A stretch of DNA of 64,000 nt from Amoebidium appalachense (lineage: Eukaryota; Protista; Ichthyosporea): the NCBI GenBank assembly GCA_963693365.1, contig CAVNZM010000013.1:1699817-1763816 (forward strand), given 5' to 3'. The notes beneath the pieces were generated by a model. It was given only the letters and a program-made list of their open reading frames with translations. It was not told where the DNA came from and did not search any database. Shown piece by piece: positions 53,189 through 64,000 of the stretch. Position numbers and translations under genes: made by a program. The stretch's first letter is position 1, and each line of letters starts with the position of its first letter.

Positions 53189-54659
53189 AAAAAAGAACAA
53201 AAAAAAAAAACCATCACTCCCTCCTTCCCACACAAAACCAACACACACACACACACACACACACACACCCACACACACACACGCCCTCCCCTGCCCCTCA
53301 CCCTAACCCTAACCCGCCCGCCCCTCCCCACCAGCCCTCCCCCCCCCCCCCCCCCCCCCCTCTCCCCTCCCCCCCATCCCCTCTTCCCCCCTCATCCCCT
53401 CCCTCTCCCCACCACCTCCTCCCCCCCCCCCCCCCCCCCCCCCCCCACACACACACACAACACAAACGCACCCACACACACGTACAGGTTTCTCTCTCCG
53501 AAAAGTACTTTAGCAAGTTCCGCCCCAACAAGCACACAACACCATGCGCACACCTGCCTTCATCCCGGGCACGTGCGCGCCCACACACACACACACACAC
53601 GCACACACTCACACTTACACTCACACTCACACTCACACTCATACTCACAAATTCACAATCCTTACCATACACACAACCCCCCCCCCCCCCCCCTCCCCCC
53701 CGCTCTCCCCCCCCCCCCCCCCCCCCCCCCCCCCACACACACACGTACACGCACACACGTACAGGTTTCTCTCTCCGAAAAGTACTTCAGCAAGTTTAGC
53801 CCCAACAAGCACACCCCCCCCCATGCGCACACCCGCCTTCATCCCCGGCTACCTCAAGCACGTTGACAAAACTATGCCCCTGGCCCATGTGGGTTTGGCT
53901 TTTCGGGGCGTGGGCTGGGCTCACCCCTACTACTATCCCCTCATGTATGTTTATACCCCCCCCCCCCCTTCCCCCCTTGAAATGGCACGTGGGAACGGAG
54001 AAAAAAGTGAGGGGAAAGAAGAGAGGGAATGCGTTTGTGGCTCATGTATGTGTGTGGGAGGGGAGAGGGGGGGGGGGGGGGGGGGAGGTGGCTTTTAGGG
54101 GTAGGGGAGGGGGAAAGGGGGGGGGGGGGGGGGGGGGGGGGGGGATTCCTGGGTTTATCGATTCATTTCTGATCTGCCTTGTTTGTTCCCTGCCTTGCAT
54201 GCCTGTTGGGGCCTAGGAGTTGGGGGTTAGGTTTGGGTGTGTGTGTGTGGGGGGGGGGGGGTGTGCTACTAGGTTACGCACATATGCCCAGAGAATAGGA
54301 AAGAAAAGCAAGGCAGTACAAAACGACGATGGGGATGCCGGGGGGGGGGGGGGGGGAACCAAATGGGCGGCGGGGGGGGGGGGGGGGAGGGGGGAGGGGG
54401 GAGTACTGAAGGCCTTTGAAAAGACTTGCTTTCTTCAAAAGCTTTTTGGCTGAGTTCATTAATAATGAATGTGTGCTGCAAGCGGTGCAATATTTGTGCA
54501 AGCACCCCATCTGATTGGTTCCCACAGGATTGCCTCGACAATCATTGGCTCCTGGAATCGGTCGTTTGGCGGTGCATCTTCCCTCTCATCACCCATGGCT
54601 CGTGCTATCGGAAGGTTTGTTACACACGCACACACCCTCTCTCTCTCTCTCTCTCTTAC

Positions 54660-54691
<32 letters not shown>

Positions 54692-55921
54692 ACCCCACCC
54701 TCACCTTGATTTTTGTGACCTTAAAAGTTTCATCCTTAGGTGTGGTGTTTTCATCATATTTCCAGCCTTTTAATGCATATATCCCCCCCCCCCCCCCCCC
54801 CCCCTCCCCCCCCTCCCCCCTTCAGCTACCTCCCTCCCTCCCTCCATCCCCTCTCCCTCTTCCTCCCTCCTCCCGTCCCTTACTCCTCCTCCCTTCCCCC
54901 CGATCTCTCTCGTTTCCCTCTCTCGGCTTCCCCCCTCGTCCTCATCTCCCCTCTCTCTTTATCTCTCCCTCTCTTCGTCTACGTCAGTTGCCTCCCCCCC
55001 CCCCCCCCCCCCCCCTCCCTCCTCCCCCCCCCCCCCCCCCTCCCCCTCCCCCCCCCCCCCCCCCTCCCCCTCCCTCCCCCCCCCCCCCCCCCCTCCCCTC
55101 CTCCCCCAACCACCACCACCACCACACACACACACACACACACACCACACCCCTCCCCGTCTTGGGAACAAGAAGTATAGGCACGCCCACACATTCACAC
55201 ATGTAGAAAACATTGTCCACACAAGCACACACACCCACACAAGCACAGAACCCACACAAACGTGCATCCCCCCCCCCCCCCCCCCCCCCCCAAGGGGTCC
55301 CTGATCACACACACAGGTGCCCCGAGGCATGCACTCACAGGTGCCCTTGCACGGCCACACATGCAGGCAAAGGCACATGTGAACATCGTGTTTTCTGCTT
55401 GTAATTTTAACGAAGCTTTGCGCAAGGTAGTGTACACCGACTAGTTTCCCGTCTTGATCCATGGTAATAAGAGGAATGTCTACCTTCTGTGCAATGGTAA
55501 AAAAAACTGTCCTCTAGCTCCGAAGGTGCAGTGTGAAACTTGTGTTACGTTGTGTGAAACGACACGAACAACACTTGAACGAACGGGTTTACACGTGTAC
55601 ACTGCACCAGAATACCATGATTTTTTCCGATTTTCCACGCTAACTATTCGGGTCGGGTCGGGTCATGCAGCAAGGAGCTAGCGCACAGCTACCTTGCCTT
55701 TACCACCTGCTACCACGACACGGGTCTGTGGGGTGTGTATCTGACGTGCGAGGGCCATACCATACCCGATTTGGTTAAAGAAGTCGAGAAGGAATTTGCC
55801 CGGCTTGCGCTTGCTGCTACCCCGGAGGAGGTCGAGAGGGCAAAGATACAGGTGTGTGAATTAGATTTTCTTTCCTTCCCGGTACGAATTAAGTTTTCAT
55901 CCTCCCCATGTTGTGGAATAT

Positions 55922-55955
<34 letters not shown>

Positions 55956-56093
55956 CCCCCCCCCCAAATGATGATGGGCTCTGTTCAAGTGTCTTCTGCC
56001 TGCACGCTTAATTGTTTGATTTTGGATTTCCCACATTTGTTTGTTGTTGCTCTTTGTTGTCTTCTCCATATTTCCAACCCTCTAAACCACACA

Positions 56094-56126
<33 letters not shown>

Positions 56127-56279
56127 TTCCCCCTCTCCTTTCCGTCGTAACCCCCCCCCCCCCCCCCCCCCCCCCCCTGCCGTGGCATGGCTGGCTGGCT
56201 TCTGCTGGATGTGCCTCCGTTTGTCAGTAACACCCACTCACACGTTCCCACTTCTCACTCCCTCCCCACCCACACTCCA

Positions 56280-56325
<46 letters not shown>

Positions 56326-56706
56326 CCCCCCTTGCACACACACGTACACATACACACACAGACACACACACACACACACATCCTCCCCCCCCCCCCCCCC
56401 CCCCCCCCGCGCCCCCGCCGACACACACACTCTACCTCTCTCACTCACTCACCTTACACACGCACTCCCTCACCCCTTCCCCCCTCCGCCCTCCCCCCCC
56501 CACCACACACACACAAACACACTTCCCTTCCCCCCCCCCCCCCCCCCTCCCCCCGTCCCCCCCTTCCTTCCCCTGCCCGTCCCCACACACAACTCCCTCC
56601 CCCCCCCTTCCCCCCTTCCCCCCTCCCTCCCCTTCCCCCTCCCCACACACACCTCAGCCCTCCCCCCCCCCCCCCCCCCCCTCCCCCCCCCCCCCTCCCT
56701 CCCCCC

Positions 56707-56739
<33 letters not shown>

Positions 56740-57021
56740 ACCCCCTCCCCACACACGCACACACGTACATGTACACGTACACACACAGATGAAGACCACA
56801 GCCATAATGTCTCTGGACGGCACCACCCCCGTGTGTGAGGACATTGGCCGGCAGATGCTGACGCTGGGCAGACGCATGCCTGTCGACGAGGTCAATGCAC
56901 GGATAGACGCAGTCACACACGACATGGTGAAGCAGGTGTGTGTGTGTGTGTGTTATGTGGGTGGGTGGGTGGGTGGGTGGTTGTGTGTGTGTGTGTGTGT
57001 GTGCGTGCATGTGTGTGCGTG

Positions 57022-57090
<69 letters not shown>

Positions 57091-57858
57091 ACGCGCGCGT
57101 GCGTGCGTGTGTGTGTGTTATCTCTTTTCTGTCTACGTATCTCTTTCTTTTGCTTTAGTTCTCTCTCCCTCTCTCTCTCTCTCTCTCCCTCCCCCCCCCC
57201 CCCCCCCCCCCCCCCCCTCCCTCCGTCCCTCCGTCCCTCACTCCCTCACTCATTCCCTCCCTCCTTCCTTCCCTCACTCACTCACTCACTCCCTCCCTCC
57301 CTCCTCTCCCCCCCGCCCTCTCTCTCTCCGTGTCATTGACATGACGTTCTCCTTCCCCTTCTTCCCCCCCCCCCCCCCCTCCCCCCGTTGCGTCCTCCCT
57401 TTCCTTCTGCTCTCCCTTTCTCTCTTTCGCTCTCGGTACGTATCGTCTGCCCACGAATCGCGCTCTACTTCTTTGCCCTTTTTTTTTATTTAAAAAACGG
57501 ATAAAAGACCTAGAGAGGCGAAACCTATTCTGTTTTGAAGGTATATAATTCTTGTTAATGGCTATGACTAGCTCGGATTGCCCATGTTGTTGGAATAACC
57601 CCAATTTTTTTCTGATTTCTGCCCAATTAACTTCATTTTATGGTGTTTTTACACAAAACGGACGTTTTTTGCCCAATTAGCTTCACTTTATGGGTTGTTT
57701 TTGCCCAAAACTGACGTTTTTTTGGCTCATGGTACCTTTTGCAGGTTCTGCGTGAGTTGGTGTACGACCAGTGCCCGGCTGTGGTGGGAATCGGCCCAGT
57801 GGCAAACCTGCCTGACCCACAGACGCTAAGGGCAGGCGCTCATTGGCTGACCTTTTAA
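46613..57858 (+). CDS. PMPCB: Mitochondrial processing peptidase beta subunit (M16B; bc1 core 1 family)
   Basis: Exons 46613-46684, 47786-47851, 49173-49322, 50247-50363, 50810-50914, 51837-51943, 52500-52599, 53765-53944, 54528-54614, 55671-55851, 56789-56935, 57745-57858. Motifs [37 protein letters not shown] (HxxEH intact), [36 protein letters not shown]. There is one extra C in the C-run at about 53814-53822. Confidence 0.95.
46741..46890 (+). repeat. Family A short interspersed repeat in MPP-beta intron 1 (a partial copy also at about 52152-52225)
   Basis: ggtcgaaactc...gatgac...gaggatgggctctgctta...tcgtact...cgcattcaacccc. Confidence 0.75.
55970..56087 (+). repeat. Short interspersed repeat family B, copy 2 (MPP-beta intron)
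   Basis: Matches 15749-15872; embedded in poly-C. Confidence 0.85.
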
Positions 57859-58176
57859 TTTCAAATAATATTGTTTAATTGTATGCATGGAGTGAGTGCG
57901 GTGAAGTAGCCATCACCTGCCCTTTGAGAGGTCGATTTCTTTTGGCAGGTTTTTTTGGCGATGATCTATGTAGACTAATTATTAGGTGCATGGTTGTAAT
58001 AGGGAGGGTTAACAGGGTTTGGAATTTCATGTGCAAATTGTGGGGTCTGAGGTTAATATCAGGTGGTAAATATCAGGTGGTATCGATGATTGGAATTGAA
58101 ATGTTCTGTGTGGGATACTAGATGTCTTTTTAAGGTGTATGTTGTCGGACTCCCCGGCCCCCTTCCCCCCCCCCCC

Positions 58177-58207
<31 letters not shown>

Positions 58208-60552
58208 ACACACACACCCCCACTCTATATTCCCCCATTTTGAGAGGTTCCCGTGTTATTGCATTTAGACAATGTGGAATGCAACACTTCAGCTATTGGG
58301 TTAATTGTACGTTGCAGGACCGAGCGGACAAAAAGTAATAATAAAGGGATAAGGTTCATTGGCCATCTTTGTGGTATGCCCTAGTATAATAGGCGAAGCT
58401 TCCTGTGCCGAGATTTCGATCGCCTGACAGCAACACACACACATACATACACGCACACACACCAGTTGCCTGTACACACAGTTTCACACACATGTCCACA
58501 CGCACACACGTACACACACACGCACATATATGCACGCATGCACTCGCACCACACAGTCACGCATACCGTGTACGCACATGCACCCGCACACGCACATGCA
58601 GACACACATGCACACACACGCCCACACACACACATACAGCTCACACGTAACGTACACACACCCACACACGCACAATATTCCCAGCATATGCACGACACAA
58701 ACAGGCACATGTACACACGCACAGCTCACACGCGCGTACACAATTGTATGCAACGAATTGGCGCCCACACTCACAGGCACCCATACACACGCATGCACCC
58801 CATGCTCATCTCGAGGAGCAGGCCGCGTTGACTAAAGCAACCACCTTCACAGCGGCCCCTTCTTCCATTCTAAATTTACTAAAAAAAATATAAAAAAAAT
58901 ACTATGTAGACCGCGATCCGGAGGCCTCAGTCTCAGTCACCGGTTTTGATTGAGGGTGTGACGTCATTCTGTGCCCAGCCCCCCGCCAGATCATATAGAT
59001 CCGGGAGAAATACCCTATATCGCGCAATAGCGATTGGTGATATCACCGCGGTGTGATATTACTGTAATATCACCCGATATCACCGCGGGATCCGCGCCTG
59101 GGATTCAGACCGGACCCGGTGATACTGGAGATAGTACGGTGATATAACCAAATCACCACCGGTATGCCCCGCGGGCGACTGTACCCCTAGATGGTGATAT
59201 ACTGGAGTAGTACGGTGATATCACATGCATCCACACGGTGATATCGCAGTGATATTTCCGGCAATTTCGTTCGTGATATCTTGGTGATATCGCCATTGGA
59301 AACATAGGGAATATCTCAACGATATCACCGTGGTACTGCCGGTGATACCACAATAATATCTTCGTGTTATTTCGCATGTCGTGTTACTTTGGTGGTAATT
59401 TGAATACCACAGTGTTATTTCTGCTGGGCAGGTGATACCTGTGCTACGTGTGGTTTGCGTGTTATTGCGGTGATATTGCAATATTTTGCTAGCCTAAGCG
59501 GAAGGCCCCCTTGGACAAAAAAATGGGGAAGGTAGGTCTGGGCGGGAAATCACTGTGTACTTGGATGCCGTGTGTGTGTGTGACGGTGTGTGCGCCAGTG
59601 CACACGTGTGCGTGTGTGCGTGTGTGTGTGTGTGCGTCACGGTGCGTGTGCGTGCGTGTGCGTGTGTGTGGATCCATTCCATTCTCGTCCGTGACACAGC
59701 TTTGTTTCATAACTATTTGTTATAGTAATACTCCTATCACTGTACACTGACTATAGAAAGCGTGCCCGGAAACATCAACAATCACGACTGTCAAACATAG
59801 CTGCCAGTGCACTGCCCAAGGTGCCCGATACGTCCGAGGGGTGACACGGGGAGGGGGCAGTGGAGATCCAGATGGCACAGGGCAGAAGGTGGGGAGAGGC
59901 TGGAGGGGAGGAAGGAAAGAGGTTGTGGGGATGACAGGTGGGGGGGGGGGGCGGTCCTATTGAATAAATCACCGTGATATCGCTGGAAATAGGTGATATC
60001 GCTGAGATATCGCTGTGATATCGCTGTGTCAGTGATGGGACGGTTCGCAAACTTGTGCGCACACAGCATTTCACAACTCTGGACAACCAACTCTGGAACA
60101 GTTTTTCTGCATTTATTCACGTGTTCTTACTCTATCAAATACATGAGTATGGGTCTTCCTTTTCTTCTTAAGGAACAGTTGTATAGTTAATTAATATCCT
60201 TCAGCCTAAGGCCTTTACACTTCGTACTGTGTACATGCATGTCATTTAAAACAAGATACTCACCTCCGTCTCGGAGTGCTGCTCCCCCCTTGGGCTTTTC
60301 TCCAAGATGTGCCTCCATCTCCTGGTTTGCACTATTGGGTGAAGGAAGTCGGAAACATATGATAGCAGGCACGATGAACTGTGCCTACCAACAAGGCGGT
60401 ACTAGGGCCGGCTACGAAGTTGCACTGGACAATTTTGAAGCTTTATATACTTTCTGTGAACCTCCGAAATCCAATAAGTTTTTTGCTGCAGATGTGGCAA
60501 AGTAGCCACACTGACTTTGCGCCATTTGTCGAGTGTATGTTTAGTCAATAAC

Positions 60553-61966
60553 AATGGTTCGTTTTTAAACGGGTTTTCTTTGAGGAACGGCCGCAGCCAC
60601 GACGACGAAGTGACATGTGGAATTCGAACTGCCAGCTACTTTGCATTCCGATTGGTTAGTCTCTAGGTATGGCTTAGCCAATCACTTCTCTGTACGTAAA
60701 TGTAAGTGCAATGATTGGTCCTGTTTAAGTGTAGCCATATTTGGTCTTTACATTCCCCTGTAGCCAATCGGATGTTGTGAGCCATATCCTGCGTGTATAT
60801 AAACCGCTAGCCCGCAGATTCGTAGGCCTCTCAGTCGCTGGCACTGCTCCTGAGCAGAATGTGTCCTTAGTCTAGCAAGTTGGCAGGGCCTCCTGAGGCC
60901 CGTAAACGGTTGTTTTCTCTAGTTAAGTATTTTGTTTTACACCGTTTATGCTGCCATGGCGTCGCGACTCTTCACGTGCAGCACTGCCCCTCGACACAGC
61001 TGTCCGCCTGGCCCCTTGCTGGCTTAAACTGACTTCTGGCGATGGCCATGTTGGCTTCACAACCTTGTTCCGCCACTCTGACGCTCTGCCCCCCCACACG
61101 TTTCGGCCCTGGCCTGCCTTTTGGCAACCTATTTTCGTTTTGGGACGTCTCCTTAGCCGTCCTCGCCCTCGACTCTTCAGTCCCTGGGCGGCTGTTTGGT
61201 TCTGTACGCGCGGGTTAACACTCAGCATGCGAGCGTTCCAACCAGTTGTCCGCTCTGCCTGTTTATTTGCAAACATTTTTGTTACGGCGCCCTTTGCATT
61301 GCGCCAGCATGGGAGGTGTGGAGAGCACATGTGTTTGTGTGTGCAGCCTAGGCATCTACACACGACACTGCAAGTAATCTATCCCCTTGCTGGGGCGAGT
61401 AAAGAGTGACGGCACAAGAATGGTTCGTTTTTAAACGGGTTTTCTTTGAGGAACGGCCGCAGCCACGACGACGAAGTGACATGTGGAATTCGAACTGCCA
61501 GCTACTTTGCATTCCGATTGGTTAGTCTCTAGGTATGGCGGAGCCAATCACTTCTCTGTACGTAAATGTAAGTGCAATGATTGGTCCTGTTTAAGTGTAG
61601 CCATATTTGGTCTTTACATTCCCCTGTAGCCAATCGGATGTTGTGAGCCATATCCTGCGTGTATATAAACCGCTAGCCCGCAGATTCGTAGGCCTCCCAG
61701 TCGCTGGCACTGCTCCTGAGCAGAATGTGTCCTTAGTCTAGCAAGTTGGCAGGGCCTCCTGAGGCCCGTAAACGGTTGTTTTCTCTAGTTAAGTATTTTG
61801 TTTTTCCCGCCCACCCTCCCTTGAGTGACTGTGGTGATGGCCTGCCATCTAAAATGTGTCTCCTTGGAGAGCACATGTGTTTGTGTGTGCAGCCTAGGCA
61901 TCTACACACGACACTGCAAGTAATCTATCCCCTTGCTGGGGCGAGTAAAGAGTGACGGCACAAGAA
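60553..61966 (+). mobile_element. Miniature split-direct-repeat element (A1-X-B1A2-Y-B2), non-autonomous PAT/Ngaro-like tyrosine-recombinase retrotransposon
   Basis: A1 60553-60938 matches A2 61419-61804 (386 bp, 3 mismatches seen). B1 61319-61420 matches B2 61865-61966. B1 abuts A2 directly. There are no TG..CA ends and no TSD, only a shared AA at both ends and at the B/A junction. Confidence 0.75.
60648..60803 (+). promoter_or_regulatory. Pol II promoter-like segment in repeat A (repeated in A2)
   Basis: Four CCAAT/ATTGG boxes followed by TATATAAA at 60796-60803. Confidence 0.6.
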
Positions 61967-62445
61967 GAGAAATCCAATCATCCGTTCTAGTTGTCCGTAA
62001 ATAAGGGGGGACAAAATTTTCTTCGTGATAAACTCTCAATCAAATGAAACTTTTTTATAACTTGATAATATTTTTGCGTGATAATGCTGCAATCGTCTAC
62101 GTAGAATGTTCTGATTGACTTTCAGGTTGGTGCGTACAGTTTTGTTGACCCAATGGCAAAATGGTAATATCAGTGTGCTATCACCGGCTCCTGATTCGCC
62201 AGCTGACATGAGTGCAGGTTTAGCGAGAAGCTATCACCGTGATATTACGGGGTTTACGCTGTTTACTCGAGGCAAAGAGAACCAGTCTCAGGTATGGGGG
62301 GGGGGGGGGTTTGCTCGGAATATCCCCTCAGCGGTATATCATGATCACGTACATAGATGTCGGGTGGTGACTATATATCAGGGTTTACTTTCTCTACGAG
62401 ACACCATAAAGACTACAAGGAGAAATCAATTAGTTGGGGTTCCCC

Positions 62446-62483
<38 letters not shown>

Positions 62484-62515
62484 GGGCTCCCCTCGGGACA
62501 CTCGGTATCAGCTGG

Positions 62516-62517
<2 letters not shown>

Positions 62518-62574
<57 letters not shown>

Positions 62575-63748
62575 TGTGTGTGTGTGCGCGTGCGCTATAA
62601 TTTTGTAGTGATGTGTTTCTCAAGCCAATCAATACATCTAATAAACAGGTCGTAGTTACGCGTGTTTAGTATAAAATCAAGGATGTTGTAATTTACAGGT
62701 AGGCTATCTTTCTGGGTGTCTGTTGTGAATGTGACGTGTGTGTGTTGCGGTATTATGTGGTCTATCAAACTACATTTGGCGATACATGACCGGTTAAACT
62801 GGTGTGTGTGTGTGTTGTTTGGGCATGCAAATGATGCCACCTTATACTTATTAGATCTCCACTGTATAGCACGTGTACAGTAAAAGCGTGGTAATTGATC
62901 AATAATACCATCAGCTAGAGAAAGACCAGTTCTACAGGAAGGTAATATGTATTTAGGTGTTATACACTTGCGAGTGCCATATTTGGCAATATGGTTGAGG
63001 CGGTCAGTATATATAAAACGAGACATAAGGCTTAGTTTTTCAAGGTGTATGCTTTCATCGGGTCTAGTGTCGTGTGGTATCTTTTTCCATTTGTTATATT
63101 GCGTGATTATCTTGTGATTGTGTACATGTTTAATAAGTAAGTGGCAGTCCAAAGTCACACACACACTATTGCGGGGTTTATTTGTATTTGTGCCCAGGGG
63201 AGAAGGGGAGAGAGAGGGGAGGAAAGAGGGGAGAGGTGAGGAGGGGACAGGTCGGATAGAGAAGAGAGGGTGGGAGGGCAAATACTTCTTTAAGCGGCTT
63301 ATGTGCTTATTGAATTTCAGCGCGAGATAGGATACTCTAGCAGCTATTGGGACCAGACCATATATCGAGAGCGTTACAGGCCCAGGTTTACAACAGTTGT
63401 TAGATAGAAAGGAGGCAACTTCTGCTTCAAGGAAATTTGCCAAGGGTTTAAGCGCTCTAGTTCTCTCTTTCTTGATCCAAGCGGCGAGAAGGGGTAAACC
63501 ATATTCACATGCCGGGAAGACAAAAGTGCGAATAAATGTAAGTCTAATAGAAGGATGGAGGGGTGTGTCTTTAAAAATATTAGCCGAGAAGAAAGCTAAC
63601 CGCTTACGAGCCAACTCTACCCTCTTTTCGACCATATGGGGAAACATAACACCAACAGAATCAACCGGAACACCAAGATATTTGTATTCTGGAACTATAG
63701 GTACAGGTTTAGATGATAATGTAAATGTGTGTAAATTGTTAGCTGATA
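62518..63748 (-). mobile_element. 5'-truncated non-LTR retrotransposon (RT thumb and C-terminal Cys region) with (CA)n tail
   Basis: The open ORF 63758-62595 contains EYKYLGV, RLTFIRTFVFPACEYG and a C-terminal IQWR..N...C...FNRSC...C. The YADD-type catalytic motif is absent, consistent with truncation. The stop codon is immediately followed by a (CA)n tract. Confidence 0.85.
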
Positions 63749-64000
63749 TTACGATCATATCACAGATCTGTCAACGCGTGAAATTTTCTGACATCGGTGA
63801 TAACCGGTGATAACTGGGAGATACCACGATGATGAGCGATATAGGGTATTTCTGAGATCTGGCGCAGGGGTTTTGGCGCGGAAGCTGCTGATTGGTTGAA
63901 TAGTTCGAGCCCAGGCTGCAGCCTGCCCAGCCGTGAAGAACTCTGAACAGCACCCGAAAAGTGTTTCCCACTGTGTTTCGCTGTTTCTCCCTTGGTGAAA

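Larger units (their letters stand above)
58848..63975. mobile_element. Probable non-autonomous CMC-group (CACTA/Mirage/Chapaev-like) DNA transposon hosting nested insertions
   Basis: Left end tt|CACAGCGG and right end CCACTGTG|tt (7/8 TIR match, 2-bp TT duplication). Dense palindromic (c)ggtgatatcacc(g)-type subterminal motifs lie at about 59020-59485, 59965-60030, 62160-62250 and 63745-63845. No transposase is seen. Confidence 0.5.

Noticed and set aside
53810-53825. Programmed frameshift or pseudogenisation of MPP-beta
   Set aside because: A single extra C in a C-run of an essential and otherwise intact gene is most simply an assembly indel.
47300-57720. Short two-copy tandem duplications (about 47300-47375, 50083-50148, 57620-57720; also about 7100-7250 and 39395-39480)
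   Set aside because: Real but ordinary local slippage duplications in introns, with no sign of function.
60948-61409. 153-aa ORF as a protein of the split-repeat element
   Set aside because: No recognisable gag, RT, RNase H or tyrosine-recombinase motifs, and it runs into non-coding repeat B.
60553-61804. Conventional LTR retrotransposon or TRIM
   Set aside because: No TG..CA pair, TSD, PBS or PPT was found, and the second repeat B lies both inside and beyond A2, which fits split direct repeats instead.

Overview
This is eukaryotic, intron-rich genomic DNA. The organism cannot be identified from the sequence. Introns are saturated with poly-C/poly-G runs and (CA)n/(GT)n, (GA)n and (GCAC)n microsatellites, so nearly all ORFs in the supplied track are spurious. 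Reading GT-AG splice sites and exon phases by hand gives six spliced genes: (1) a mitochondrial enoyl-CoA hydratase/crotonase-family gene (-, running off the left edge); (2) a divergently transcribed F-box/LRR gene (+), followed by extra terminal exons and a 5'-truncated paralogous LRR exon; (3, 4) a head-to-head pair of SDR (RDH12/WWOX-like) paralogs with an apparent gene-conversion tract; (5) a gene or gene pair (-) with an NLS and two tandem KIX domains, the first carrying TAG at the conserved Trp; (6) mitochondrial processing peptidase beta (+). Mobile DNA includes a TTAA-flanked long-TIR MITE and two short interspersed repeat families that always lie sense to the host gene. The right end is a nested cluster: a probable CMC-type (CACAG termini) element containing a miniature split-direct-repeat (A..BA..B, PAT/Ngaro-like) element and a 5'-truncated non-LTR retrotransposon with a (CA)n tail. 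Several single-base frameshifts sit in homopolymers, including one in essential MPP-beta, so indel errors in the assembly are likely. All coordinates were counted by hand.
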